Shown piece after piece: positions 46,520 to 57,190 of a stretch of 64,000 bases of DNA. The first letter of the stretch is position 1. Every line of letters begins with the position of its first letter. Both the position numbers and the translations under genes were made by a program. Origin of the DNA: a virus; IMG/VR virus record IMGVR_UViG_3300044833_000114, positions 1-64,000 of that record; one strand, written 5' to 3'. The notes beneath the pieces were generated by a model. It saw only the letters and a program-made list of their open reading frames with translations, did no database searches and had not been told where the DNA came from.

Positions 46520-46890
46520 TGGGCCTCCACGGGCTCGCCGTACTCAACCATTTCTTTCAAACTGCTGTTTAAGCGATCCGCGCTCGGTCTTGCTGCAGGT
46601 ACTTTGCCGTTCTCGTCGGTGCGCGGGTAGGCTAGGGACCAGGTGCTGCGACACACCAGACGTGTTTGTGGGTCTCCAATGTATCCGGTTGTTTCATACC
46701 GCACTGTCCGAAGTTCAATCAGGCCGTCTCCGTCCGCGATTAGCTCGTTGCCGCTGAACTTCACGACCTGGCGCTCGAGGGCATTACCGTTGCGCTTGAG
46801 GTCTTCGAACATCTCGTCGCGCTTGTCTTTCTCTGTCGTTGTGATCACTTCGAAATTATCGTACATCGTTTCTCCTTTGATGTCAAACAT
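46516..46890 (-). CDS. Hypothetical protein (start uncertain)
   Basis: AAGGAG precedes MYDN. Confidence 0.65.
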   Translation of the reverse strand: MFDIKGETMYDNFEVITTTEKDKRDEMFEDLKRNGNALERQVVKFSGNELIADGDGLIELRTVRYETTGYIGDPQTRLVCRSTWSLAYPRTDENGKVPAARPSADRLNSSLKEMVEYGEPVEAQ

Positions 46891-47016
46891 TGATTTAGTT
46901 TCTTATCTTCAAACGATACCGAATCCACTTTGTGTAGTAGCCAGATCGCAGAAGGTGAATGAAAACAGCCAACTTTTCTGGAATGGGTATGGTGATCGTC
47001 ATATATCCTTCAAACG

Positions 47017-47511
47017 TTATCCTGCCACCAATGTCTTCAGATCACCCTCTGACGTTTCCTTCGCGACCAGGGCTTCGTGCAGCAGAGCCTCGGCCTTCAG
47101 CAGTTCCGATTTGATCTTCTCCACGCGTGCCAGGTTCTGGGCCCAGTCCTTCGAGGCTTTAGCGTAGGCCGAGGCGGCGCGCATAACCTTGGAGGCGTGG
47201 GAGTCGTCAGTCGGCAGAGTGTCGAAAGATTCCTTGGCCGTTCGCGCAGGGATGAGGCTAGCTTTTCCGTTCGCTATGATCTGTAGGGGCCCCCACGCGT
47301 CCGGATCGGTCGACAATTCGAAATCAGTCTTCTTGTTGAACGCAGCCTGCTCGGCGAGTAGTGCCGGACCATCCATTTGCTCGATGTCCGGCGGTGGGGC
47401 TCCTGTGATCTCAGAGGGCGCCGTAGGCACGAACGTCTGAGGCTTCTTGCGCTCCAGGGATGCGCAGACCATGCATCTCGTTTGGTTGTGTTTCTCGCAA
47501 CGCTCGTTCAT
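47017..47511 (-). CDS. Hypothetical protein, N-terminal C..H...CxxC
   Basis: RBS AGGAG before MNERCEKH. Confidence 0.7.
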   Translation of the reverse strand: MNERCEKHNQTRCMVCASLERKKPQTFVPTAPSEITGAPPPDIEQMDGPALLAEQAAFNKKTDFELSTDPDAWGPLQIIANGKASLIPARTAKESFDTLPTDDSHASKVMRAASAYAKASKDWAQNLARVEKIKSELLKAEALLHEALVAKETSEGDLKTLVAG

Positions 47512-47805
47512 TGTTTCTCCTGTTCTTTCTTTATCTGATAATAGGCCGGCAGCGGGTTGCGGTACGTCACAACTCCCGGTGGCTTTGGAAACGCTTTGTC
47601 CCACTCGCGCTCCCACCTGATATTCTCTGGTGTGTTGAAGCTGCTGAAAGATCTTCCCTTCGCTTGTAGCTCCTTCATGCCTTCTCCTCTTCCGTCGGAG
47701 CGGGATCAACACCGTTCTTCTCCAACTTCTTGACGCGAGCTTCTAGTTTCTTTACTTTTTCTTCAAGTCCTTCAATTAGACTCTCAACCCACCATCGCGG
47801 CGCGT

Positions 47806-48729
47806 TCATGCGATCTCCTTAGGAAGCGTGAATCCCAATCCAGCTTTCGCAGCCCACTGCTTGCGGAGCTCCTCTTTCTCGCCGAGCTTCGAATAACGAT
47901 CGGTGATGCCCTGCCCTTCGTGGCCCACCCAGTAGCGGATGATGTCCTCAGGCACGCCGATCTCGCGCAGCCGGGTAATCCGGAGACGCCGGAATGCGTG
48001 GAAGCCCTTGATGCCCAGGGGCTTGAGGCTGTACTTCTTCAGGTGACTCTCCCAGAGGGGCGTGCCCTCGCTCGTCTGGAACAGATAGGCGCCGGCCGGG
48101 AGGGTTCGAGAGGCTGTGTAGCCAACCAGGAACTCGTTCAGCTTAGGGTCCAGGTCAACGATCCGAACAGCCGCGGGGGTCTTTGGGTCCTGTTCCTGAC
48201 GGCCCCACAGGCTCAGCCGGACGTCTATGGCAGCCTTTGTGGGATCCCAGCCTGTGTGCACCCCGTCCCAGCCGTATCGCACGGCTGTGGCTTCACCTAT
48301 GCGAAGACCGGTACCTGCAAGGATGGCGTAGAACACTCCGTAGCGATCCTTGAGAGCTGCCGCCAGCTGCTCATCGGTGACCGTGGGTTGCTTCTGCTTG
48401 ACGACCGGGGGCAGGTCGATGAACTTGTGGTTCCATTCTCGAGGATAGAGGAGCACTCCGTCTGGGCTGACAGCCGAGGCCACGATCTGCTTGGTCAGCG
48501 AGACCACCTCGGTGATACTCTTGGGGCCCAGGCCTTTCGCCTGCAGGTCCCGAGCGAACTTGCGTAGGCCTCCGTTGTTGAAGGTCGCGAGATCCTCGGC
48601 ACCGAGCAGAGGCAGGACGTGGTTCTTCAGGTAGGAGTTGTAAGCCTGAAGAGTCGCAGGCTTGATCGGGCCGCAATTCCTCGTGGTTAGATCTCTCACC
48701 AATTCTTCCGACTGCTGCGCGAAGTTCAT
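47806..48729 (-). CDS. Second tyrosine recombinase lacking an arm-binding domain
   Basis: TGLRIGE, PKT, FHAFRR, VGH, TDRYS; 307 aa. Confidence 0.9.
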   Translation of the reverse strand: MNFAQQSEELVRDLTTRNCGPIKPATLQAYNSYLKNHVLPLLGAEDLATFNNGGLRKFARDLQAKGLGPKSITEVVSLTKQIVASAVSPDGVLLYPREWNHKFIDLPPVVKQKQPTVTDEQLAAALKDRYGVFYAILAGTGLRIGEATAVRYGWDGVHTGWDPTKAAIDVRLSLWGRQEQDPKTPAAVRIVDLDPKLNEFLVGYTASRTLPAGAYLFQTSEGTPLWESHLKKYSLKPLGIKGFHAFRRLRITRLREIGVPEDIIRYWVGHEGQGITDRYSKLGEKEELRKQWAAKAGLGFTLPKEIA

Positions 48730-49080
48730 CCCTCGCTCCTTTCAAAGGCGCCCTGAATTTCGGCGTATACCTTGTCGCGTTTTCGCCTACGTGCAGATAA
48801 TCCGCAATCGCAAAAATCTCCGTGGGGCCCGTTGGTCGCACCGTACGAACAGTCCGGCGAATGTTCTAATGTTTGCGTTTCAAGATACGTAGCCGCTGCC
48901 TCCAACGCCTCGCGCACCTTGTTGGTCACATGATCCTCACAGCCACCATAATGCTGGTGGACGACAGCCAGTAGAACGCTTTCTTCCAATCGCCTTGAGC
49001 CACGTAGGCCACAGTCGCAGCGACATCGAGAACGATCATGATGTTGACTATGAAGTTTCCCCAGTTGATTGTGTGCCAAC

Positions 49081-49333
49081 TCATTCGGGCACCGGGCCGT
49101 CAGTGAATCCAACAGGCTCTCCTTTCAAGGTGACGAGATACGTGTCCCACCCGATGCGATGATCAATTCCGTCTCCGTACCCGTACTTTCGTACCTTGAT
49201 GTCCGTGCTTCCGTGTAACACATACCCGCGAGTCTCTTCAAACACGATGTGCTTCAACTCTTCGAGCGTGTTGAACTCCTGGACTTCTTTCATCGCGGTT
49301 GCCAATCCGCCTCGCACTGGTCTGAACTTCATG
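49081..49333 (-). CDS. Hypothetical phage protein
   Basis: RGGL..AM...D.RIGWDTY.V...GFTD. Confidence 0.65.
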
Positions 49334-49360
49334 GTCTTCTTCTCCGTTCCATCAGTTTGA

Positions 49361-49390
49361 AGATTATCACACGTCAACGTTCGATGTCAA
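49361..49390 (-). promoter_or_regulatory. Sigma-70 promoter
   Basis: TTGACA-18-TAATCT with TGn extension; intergenic. Confidence 0.6.
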
Positions 49391-49394
49391 CGTC

Positions 49395-49757
49395 TTATTT
49401 GTTCTCCCAATCCCAAAACCCTTGATGCCCTCTGGCCGGGACAGGCTCCTTAAACTTCTGGATGCGCTCGAAGAAGTAGCCCCACCGCCCGGGTGCGTAG
49501 TCGCCATAAGGGTCCGGAGCGACGAACCGGTCGGGAAATTGGAGGAGTCCACTCTTGAAAGCCGTACCGAGCACGGCACCTGTTGGAATCGTGTCGGGGT
49601 TGTAGCCGAAGCGAATGCAAGCTTCGTGATCGACGTGCAGACCGGCATGAATAGCGACGGGGCCGACGTGATGCCAGGGACGCGGCCGTGTCTCTATGGG
49701 CTTTCGTCCGTCGACGATCAAACTAGCCCAGGGTTGCCACAGCGTGAGTGCTTTCAT
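49395..49757 (-). CDS. ASCH-domain protein
   Basis: MKALTLWQPWASLIVDGRKPIETR..GPVAIHAG...PVPARGHQGFW. Confidence 0.92.
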   Translation of the reverse strand: MKALTLWQPWASLIVDGRKPIETRPRPWHHVGPVAIHAGLHVDHEACIRFGYNPDTIPTGAVLGTAFKSGLLQFPDRFVAPDPYGDYAPGRWGYFFERIQKFKEPVPARGHQGFWDWENK

Positions 49758-49983
49758 CTTCCCTCCGCTCTATTTCGTTCGAACTCTGCTTGCTCATCCC
49801 AAAACTTGTCTCCGCAATCGCACGGCACATACTTTAAATGTTCAATACCGTCGCAGCATGGGCAGTTGGGAATCGGCCACCGGGCGGCTTTCGGGTCTCC
49901 CTTGGCACCGCACTCGCAGTCGGCGGGGTTGCCGGTCGGCGGAGTGAAGTGGCTGTAAACTATTTTCTTATGCGACATTAGCT

Positions 49984-50448
49984 TTATCTCCCTCCTTCGA
50001 ATACGTTCGGATCTTTGAAGTGGCCGTCGACGACCGAGACGAACTCGAAGACGCCGTGCGGGTCGTTGCTGCCCTCGAAGCTGATCATCTCCACCTGGCT
50101 CAGGTAGTTCGTCGGGCAGGTGTGCTCGTCGTAGAAGTACCGCTGGTGTTCGACGTACTTTTCCTTCGAGTCCTTCTGGCTGTGTGCGTACTTCCACGCA
50201 TTCAGCGTCAAGATGATCGGCGGTTTCGTTCTAGACTTGAGCGTGACCGTCACCGGAGTCTCGACCTCACCGGTTGGGGTAAGCTTGAACATCCGCTCGC
50301 CGACTCGAGTCACGTTGAAATAATTGTGGCACTCGGGGCACGCCCAGGATCCGACCTTCTGACCAACCTTGATATGGCTGACAGCGAAGTCATGTTTCTT
50401 GCACGACGGGCAGGTCACGAATAGTTTTTCTTTAGCTCGTACGATCAT
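49984..50448 (-). CDS. Zn-ribbon hypothetical protein
   Basis: CPSC...WACPEC; YFYDEHTCPTN. Confidence 0.7.
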   Translation of the reverse strand: MIVRAKEKLFVTCPSCKKHDFAVSHIKVGQKVGSWACPECHNYFNVTRVGERMFKLTPTGEVETPVTVTLKSRTKPPIILTLNAWKYAHSQKDSKEKYVEHQRYFYDEHTCPTNYLSQVEMISFEGSNDPHGVFEFVSVVDGHFKDPNVFEGGR

Positions 50449-50710
50449 TGTTTCTCCTCGGATACCGAATGTCGTCATCTCCCATGCTCTTACCGGTGCC
50501 GTCGGGCTTAACCCATCCGCGCCCGTCCCGATAGTCGATCTTCCCTGCGTAGACGTCTTCCTCTTGCTGCGGAGTCATCCGCATGCCTGGGCAGTCCGTT
50601 GGCAGTGACCCTTCGGCGCCGCCGCAGACGCTGCACAGAAAAAGATTGCAGAGGTTGCAACCGTACGGCTCACCGCATCTTCCGTTGCACCTTGCTCGTG
50701 TGTGTTCCAT
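50432..50710 (-). CDS. Cys-rich small protein
   Basis: CNLC..LCSVCGGAEGSLPTDCPG. Confidence 0.7.
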   Translation of the reverse strand: MEHTRARCNGRCGEPYGCNLCNLFLCSVCGGAEGSLPTDCPGMRMTPQQEEDVYAGKIDYRDGRGWVKPDGTGKSMGDDDIRYPRRNNDRTS

Positions 50711-50809
50711 AACCTCTCCCAAAAATTTAGAGAGGCGCGTCTAACATAGATTGCGGGGTGCCCGCCCCACACGCGCCTCTCCTACTGCTTGGGCTGGACT
50801 GAGTGTAAA

Positions 50810-52912
50810 TCATTGATCACTGGACTTCACTCCATAGACCCCGGCCCCAAACAAAACTTCTTGCGGCAGTTGTCGATGATAGAGTCGAATCATCTTCTGA
50901 CCGATCTTGAACATCTTGTCGGACAGTGACGTCTTCCCTGCTAGAATCTTTCCAAAGTTCGTGTCTCGTTTGTTGAAGCCGCACCCATCTTGATCTTGGG
51001 CTCCGTCGCACGAGGCTGCCAGCATGCGCAGCCCGCGGAGGACGGCTTGCTCTTGCTCGTCGGTGAAGGTTCGCGTTGCTGCCACAATGTCTTGCACCGT
51101 CTCTGGTCTAATGGGGTCGGTGAACGATTCGGGAAGAGAACCGAACTCGGGCTCGACGCGCATCTTCTCCAGCTCTTCCCGTGTGACGAAGCGACGCGGG
51201 ATCGTGCCCGGGATGTGCGTGGGTGGTGGCGTCGGGATAATATCGACGACCCTGAACTCCGGCGCCTTGATCTCCGCCGGCAGCGTGTCTAAGGCCTTGT
51301 CGATTACTTCTTGCTTGTCGATGATGATCTGGGCCATGCGTTCATCGAGCGAACCCTCGAGCACCAGGTGGCGTACGAAGACGGTGTCGGTCTGGCCTAT
51401 TCTGTGGCAGCGATCTTCGGCTTGACTAACGTTACCCGGGACCCAGTCGAGCTCACCGAATATGACGGTAGACGAAGCAGTGAGCGTAATGCCAACGCCC
51501 GCTGCGCGTATAGTTCCAATAAATACTTTGCAAGTTGGGTCCGACTGAAATCTGTCAACAGCCGCTTGCCTGTCTTCGTTCTTGCTGCGACCGTCAATAT
51601 GAACAGCGGAATTCCCAAAGGCAGAAACAAGAGCATCCACGACCTCGTAGTGATGCACGAAGATGCAAACTTTTTCCAGCTCCTCAAGCGCGCTTTCAAC
51701 GTGCTCCACGATGAAGGGGATCTTAGCGACGGCCACTTCCTTTCGTACCTGAGATAGCTGCGCGAAAGCTGGTGTTTCAAAATCCCCGTCAGCAATAGAA
51801 TCTTTGTACTCCTCATACGTTTGCTTTTCCTTTTCGAGAATGTCTTCGAGGCCTTTGGACTCGAGCACCAGGACCTGACGGCGCTTCGGTGGAAGCTCTT
51901 TCAGCACATCCCTCTTGAGACGACGAACCATGAACAAGGAACGCATACGCTCCTGCAGGTCATCCAGGTTGGAGGCGCCGCTGAAGTCCCACCCGAACTT
52001 GTGCTTGAATGCACCGCAGTACTTCTTGGCGTAAGCGAAGAAGTCTTTCTCGAAGCCCGGTGCGAGTGCCGAGATGATCGGCCAAAGTTCCTTTGGGCGG
52101 TTTACGATCGGCGTACCCGTTAGGAAGATTCGCCGCTGGGCTTTGATAGGTGTGATCTCCGGCTTCACTCCGATGACGTTGCCTTCCTCGTCTTTTATTT
52201 TTGATTCCTTGCGCCCGAAGATCTCCTGAGCTCGAGCCGTCTTGGGGTTCTTAACCATATGAGCTTCGTCGACGATCAGAACGTGCCATTCGGTCTTGCG
52301 GATGTCTTCCTGCCACTTGTGCAGCAACTCGTAGTTGAGAACCACGACGTCAGACGTGGGGAATTTCTTGGTGGTGGGCTTCACGATTTCGACCGACAAG
52401 TTCTTCGTGTCCCACTTCGTGAACTCGCGTCGCCAGTTCAGCTTGAGCGACGCGGGGCAGATGACGAGGACCGACCGCGCGTGGGGGTCGGCGTTGACAG
52501 TGCCGATGGCTTGGATTGTTTTTCCCAATCCCATCTCGTCACCGAAAAGAGTGTCTTTATGCTGAGTAGCATATGCAATTCCTCCCCGTTGGTAGGGGAG
52601 ATAATCAAGGCTGGGTGGATGGGGAATTTCGATTGCCGCATCGACTGACCTTGATGCCGCGATGGCTGCGAGACGACCTGCTTCAAACTCTTCAAACTTG
52701 GCTTTAGCTTCGGGAGAGATAGTCGGAGCAAGTGGGCGAAGTCCGGCGAGGCGCTGCGTGGCTGGGGTGCAGTACCACCGTTGTTGGTCCTTTGGTTTCT
52801 CCCAGTCGAATTTGAATCCGAATTGCTTGAGCGTTTCTTTGTGGTCATAGGTATCCCGCGTCCCTGGCGCATCTTCGACTTCGAAGCGATCGTTTTGCCA
52901 CACGATTCTCAT
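50810..52912 (-). CDS. SNF2-family (SMARCAL1/HARP-like) helicase
   Basis: GDEMGLGKT, ICPASL, VDEAH, LTGTP, RRLK, GVGITLT, QAEDRCHRIGQ. Confidence 0.95.
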   Translation of the reverse strand: MRIVWQNDRFEVEDAPGTRDTYDHKETLKQFGFKFDWEKPKDQQRWYCTPATQRLAGLRPLAPTISPEAKAKFEEFEAGRLAAIAASRSVDAAIEIPHPPSLDYLPYQRGGIAYATQHKDTLFGDEMGLGKTIQAIGTVNADPHARSVLVICPASLKLNWRREFTKWDTKNLSVEIVKPTTKKFPTSDVVVLNYELLHKWQEDIRKTEWHVLIVDEAHMVKNPKTARAQEIFGRKESKIKDEEGNVIGVKPEITPIKAQRRIFLTGTPIVNRPKELWPIISALAPGFEKDFFAYAKKYCGAFKHKFGWDFSGASNLDDLQERMRSLFMVRRLKRDVLKELPPKRRQVLVLESKGLEDILEKEKQTYEEYKDSIADGDFETPAFAQLSQVRKEVAVAKIPFIVEHVESALEELEKVCIFVHHYEVVDALVSAFGNSAVHIDGRSKNEDRQAAVDRFQSDPTCKVFIGTIRAAGVGITLTASSTVIFGELDWVPGNVSQAEDRCHRIGQTDTVFVRHLVLEGSLDERMAQIIIDKQEVIDKALDTLPAEIKAPEFRVVDIIPTPPPTHIPGTIPRRFVTREELEKMRVEPEFGSLPESFTDPIRPETVQDIVAATRTFTDEQEQAVLRGLRMLAASCDGAQDQDGCGFNKRDTNFGKILAGKTSLSDKMFKIGQKMIRLYHRQLPQEVLFGAGVYGVKSSDQ

Positions 52913-52918
52913 TTGATT

Positions 52919-52947
52919 AGTATACCTCCTTTATGACGTAATGTCAA
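52919..52947 (-). promoter_or_regulatory. Consensus sigma-70 promoter for the SNF2 gene
   Basis: TTGACA-17-TATACT, 6 nt from the ATG. Confidence 0.8.
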
Positions 52948-53657
52948 ACGTTATCTTCGAACGTGTCGAGATCCATGACAAACGTTTCCCAGGCCTTCGT
53001 TTGGTAGATGATTGAAGACGTTGATTGTTCGTCGTCCCAAATAATTGTAGCGCCACCGGCAACGTGATCGCCGATGGTTCCGTAACTGTAGCCTTCATCT
53101 TCGGGCTGCATATTGAGTCGAACGCGCGCGCCCTTGGGGAGTTCTACCAGTTGCTCTAGCGTCAAGATTTGTACCAATACTCATAAACTCCGCCGCCACG
53201 ACCTCCAGCAGCCATATCTGCGTAGACTTTAAACCTCCAACGCTGTCCGCACCGGGCGCACCTCACTCGGTGCCAATCGCCGTCCCAGTTTTCAAAGCGG
53301 GGCGTGAAACCTGGGCAGCGAAACAGACGGTGGAAAAATAAGAGCACCTTCTTCAATGTTTCTCCTTTGAAACACCGGGGGACAGGAAGGGGAGAGATCT
53401 ACTCCCCTTCAAAATATTTTAAGAACGGGCTCCGCGGCGAATACAAATACAGTCATTGCAGAGAAAACCGTCTTCGGCGACTTTTCGTCCACATCCGTCT
53501 GCGCAAAATGCCTTGTACTGCGCTTCTCTGACTTCACGCTGCATCGTGGTGCGGACTAACTTGGCTTCGCGCAGTGTGCTGTAAACATCGACCAGCTTTC
53601 CGTCCGGGTAAAGAACTTCGTAGCCCCAAGTTTCGCGCTTTTTGATGGTGAACATTT

Positions 53658-53993
53658 TTATTGTTTGACGCTCCGTCTTGATATTTCTAGCGGCGGGGGG
53701 ACTTCACGCCGCGGAGCAAAGGCTCCTGTTTGTAGAAAATAGTCAGACATTTGTTTAAGTCTTGTGCCGGCCTCCTCGATGTCGCGGCGCCTTTGTTCCT
53801 CAGAAATATTTGAACGCGACGTCAGCGCCTGGAGGAAGGTCTGCATACCGCCGAGCATTACAACCTGATTGACTTTCCTTTTGATCATGATGGATGACAG
53901 GGATCTTGCTACTTCTTCGATGGCCTGGGCTAACTCAGAATCCGAAATATTGCCGTATTCTGAGTCAGCCAACAACGTGCTGGGATCGTTCAT
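53658..53993 (-). CDS. Hypothetical protein
   Basis: ORF within the array. Confidence 0.6.
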   Translation of the reverse strand: MNDPSTLLADSEYGNISDSELAQAIEEVARSLSSIMIKRKVNQVVMLGGMQTFLQALTSRSNISEEQRRRDIEEAGTRLKQMSDYFLQTGAFAPRREVPPPLEISRRSVKQ

Positions 53994-54023
53994 TTAGGGC
54001 CCGGGCGCGGGACTTACTCCTTT

Positions 54024-54425
54024 TTACTTCCTTTCGTGCATAGCCGCAGTTTCGTGATCGACTACGAAGAAGCGACGCGCATCCTTTCCACCCGGGGACA
54101 GCAAAGTATATTTCTTGTCGTACCCGTGCAGTTTGAACTGGTATCTAATTCGAGCCACAAACCTCTTGGGTGGCATCTCCTTGCCGTCAGGACCTACGAG
54201 TTTCTCAGGAATTGCAATCTCCAAAGCTTCGGATGGAGCTAACCCACCCTCCATTCCTTTCACGATATCGAGCCAGACCGGCATCGCCAAAAGAGCCGCT
54301 GGGGTTCCATGTCCTCTCCCCGTCGGTGGTAGCGCCGAACGGGAAATCTTGCGAACCGTGGGGCCGTCGATACTTGCGGTGTGAATAGTCTTATCTTCCT
54401 TCTTACGCATCGTGTGTTTCACCAT
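54024..54425 (-). CDS. Hypothetical basic protein
   Basis: RBS AGGA; has its own promoter. Confidence 0.7.
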   Translation of the reverse strand: MVKHTMRKKEDKTIHTASIDGPTVRKISRSALPPTGRGHGTPAALLAMPVWLDIVKGMEGGLAPSEALEIAIPEKLVGPDGKEMPPKRFVARIRYQFKLHGYDKKYTLLSPGGKDARRFFVVDHETAAMHERK

Positions 54426-54464
54426 CTTTCCTGTTCTCGTCTTATCGTCGAGAACATTTGTGCC

Positions 54465-54494
54465 ATCCTACGCCTCCCGTCTTCCGTATGTCAA
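54465..54494 (-). promoter_or_regulatory. Sigma-70 promoter
   Basis: TTGACA-18-TAGGAT. Confidence 0.65.
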
Positions 54495-54742
54495 GCGACC
54501 GTTGTGACGGTATTAGCACCTCCATTGGCACAACCCCAACATGCGGGTTTGAATGCTCCGTCTTTGTCCTTCAGTGCATAACCCGGATATTCCCCTTCGC
54601 AGAAGAAACACTTATCGTCATTCGCTGCGGCCCACGCCGCTCCTTCTGACTTCGTATCTGACATCGATTCTCCGTTTCATTGATCATGTGCTCTAGATAC
54701 AGTGTGCTCGCGATATACATTTGGTTCAACGTTACTGTCGTA

Positions 54743-57182
54743 CTAGTGTGCTTGGTACTTCCGGCTACGCAGCACCTCAACGCGTTCAATCTTCCACATC
54801 GACCGGCCACGGTCTGGAAAGGCTCCGTGCCATAGTTCTTGCAGAGCACGTTCGCGGGCCTGTTCCTCGTCCTCCGCAAACACGTCAACTTTACCGTCGT
54901 ACTGCTCGTAAAATCCTGGCGTCGAACGAATCCACACGCGATATTTGTTCATCCGAGCTCCTCTTCTTTGAGCAGTTCGTCGACCCGAGCTTTCAACCAT
55001 TTGTCGAAACCAACTTGGTCGTACAGGCGTGAATGGCGACCATCAAAGAAGAAAAGTTCCGGCCTCTCCTTCTCGGCTTCGTTGATCCGACGTCTCATCC
55101 AAAGAATGAAGCCGCACATTTTGCCGCCGGGATACGCCTCCTCGTCACGGAGCAGAATGTCTTCCGGCTGCTCTCCGTGCGCCTTGGCGTAGAGCACATA
55201 CCTAGGATTGAAGTCTGTTGCCACTGTCGACCTCCTGGAGAATCTCTGCCATCATCTGCAGCTCGCAGTCCGTGCAGTACTGCACTTCGTCTTTGTCCAG
55301 TTCGCAGTCGCACATCCAGCATTTGTTTTCCACTAGTCTCTCCTCGCGTTCGGGTCTTGTGAAAGATTCGCCAATGCTTCTCGGATATAGTACAGGGCAT
55401 CGTGCTCTGCGTCGTTTGAGTCTCCGTCGAGAGCGATGTCTGCCACATCGATCAAATGGTTCAGCTTCGTCAAAGTCAAAATCACTTTCTCGCCGGGTCT
55501 AGGTTCCCTTCCGAATTGATACTGACTCTTCGCCATCTACCCCTCCTCTGGTTCGTCGAACGGATCATCGTTACGATGTCCGTGTGCAGCGATGTTCGAA
55601 AGTTCCGTGGCCAGGTGGATGCGGACATGCTCTTCGAAAACATCAGACACAAACTCAGGAAGATTCTTGGCCTTTAGTCCGCGCTTCCCCACCGGAAACT
55701 CCCTCAAGACTTCTTCGGCGGCGGTGAGTGCCTTGTCTAGCACCTCAAGCTGATCGTCGTTCAAACTTAGAAACAAACCCTCTTTGCTCATCTATTCCTC
55801 CTCGCTCAAAGACTCAATCAAGTCGTCTATCGCGTCGTCGATGCCGCGCAGTTCTCTGTCACAATCAGTTTTCAGGACGGCTGCGTGGATGGCTTTATCC
55901 ACAGCAACCTGCGCGACTTTGAGATTCCGAAGTACTTCCTTGGTGCTGTTCGTCATCGATCCTCCTTAAATTGGAAAGCAGAGTGCGCCGCAGGACGGGC
56001 ACTCAACATCGGTGTAGACATCGCCCGGGGCTATTCGTTCCGACAAATCTTTTGCCGGGTTGAGTTGATTTTCGTAGAACTCGGTTTCGCAGTCTTGGCA
56101 GGCGTATAGCTTGCCTTCACCTTCCGGCAGCTTGATGAAGTCTCCGACGTGACCGGTCCATCGGCACTTGCAGGCCGCACCGGATTGTTCGTTCCACTCG
56201 TGATCTCCGTCCTCGACAACTGACCCTTCTGTCGTTAAGCCCACTTGCACATATGCCATGACGCTCAGCCGATCACCGCGCTTACAATTCGGGCACAGAT
56301 AGTTGAAGTCGTTTCCAAGATGTTCGCTCATCAGTCTCTCGCCTCCTCGATGATTACGTTGTCCGCATTTGCGACCCACATGAGCAACTGCTCAGCCTCG
56401 TTGGCTTGTTCTAGGAACTGCTCGGAAAGGCTGCGGATTACTTTGTTTGACTTCGGTTCCAGTTCTCGAACGTTCTCTCTGAACTTGTCTCGCGCGATCT
56501 CCAGCGACAACTGCAAGAGACTTCGCTGGTCTTCTGTAAGTGCTACGCTGACGCTCATATTCCTACCTCCGCTCCCTGAGTCGCTTCCGCTTGTCGCATG
56601 TACATGTTCGTTGCGATTACGTCTCCGTCGCGCAGCCCTTCCGTTGCCAACGTCACCGACCAAAAATAGAGACTGTCGGTGTTGCCGCCTTCGGCGACAA
56701 TGCGCAGCAGCTCCGCGGCCTTCTTGATCACATCCTGACTCGTGTAGGTCTTCATCGGATCTGCACTCCTCTCATTTTGGTGTGGTCTTCGTCTTCAAAT
56801 TCGAAGTAGTCGATGTAGTAGCTTTTCTTTGGGTTATCGAAGTCGTACTTGTAGGTGTACATAGGGTGCTCTTTGACTTCGGTCGCAGGCACCGGGCCGT
56901 AGTCGCTGTCTGCGCGGAACACCGGCAGGCCCTGCGCTTCGATGCCTAGCTCCTGCAGATGGCGAACAAGTTCACCGACCGTTATTGGTTTTCCGCCTAA
57001 GCTCATGCTGCCACCAGCTTTCCGTCGACGATCTCGAACAGCCGCATCGTTCTTGGATCTCCCGGCACCGTTCGTGCGTTGACGTAGACTTTGCCGTTCT
57101 CGCACCAGGGGTAGGAGACAAGCTCCTTCCCCTGAACCATCGCGAACGGTTTCATTCCTTGTGCCACGAGTCGCTCACGCAT
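54743..57182 (-). other. Run of about 11 small translationally coupled early genes of unknown function
   Basis: Overlapping stop/start codons with GGAG-type RBS, e.g. 54949-55224, 55333-55536, 55537-55791, 56555-56755. Confidence 0.7.
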
Positions 57183-57190
57183 GCTTAGGC

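Noticed and set aside
46858-46886. TTGACA-17-TACGAT listed as a firm promoter
   Set aside because: The -10 overlaps the likely start codons (ATG TAC GAT), so it may be coincidental; kept only as operator context
53994-54022. Seventh copy of the structured element (GAGTAAG..CGGG-CCCTAA)
   Set aside because: Too short and lacks the inner hairpin and dual pairing
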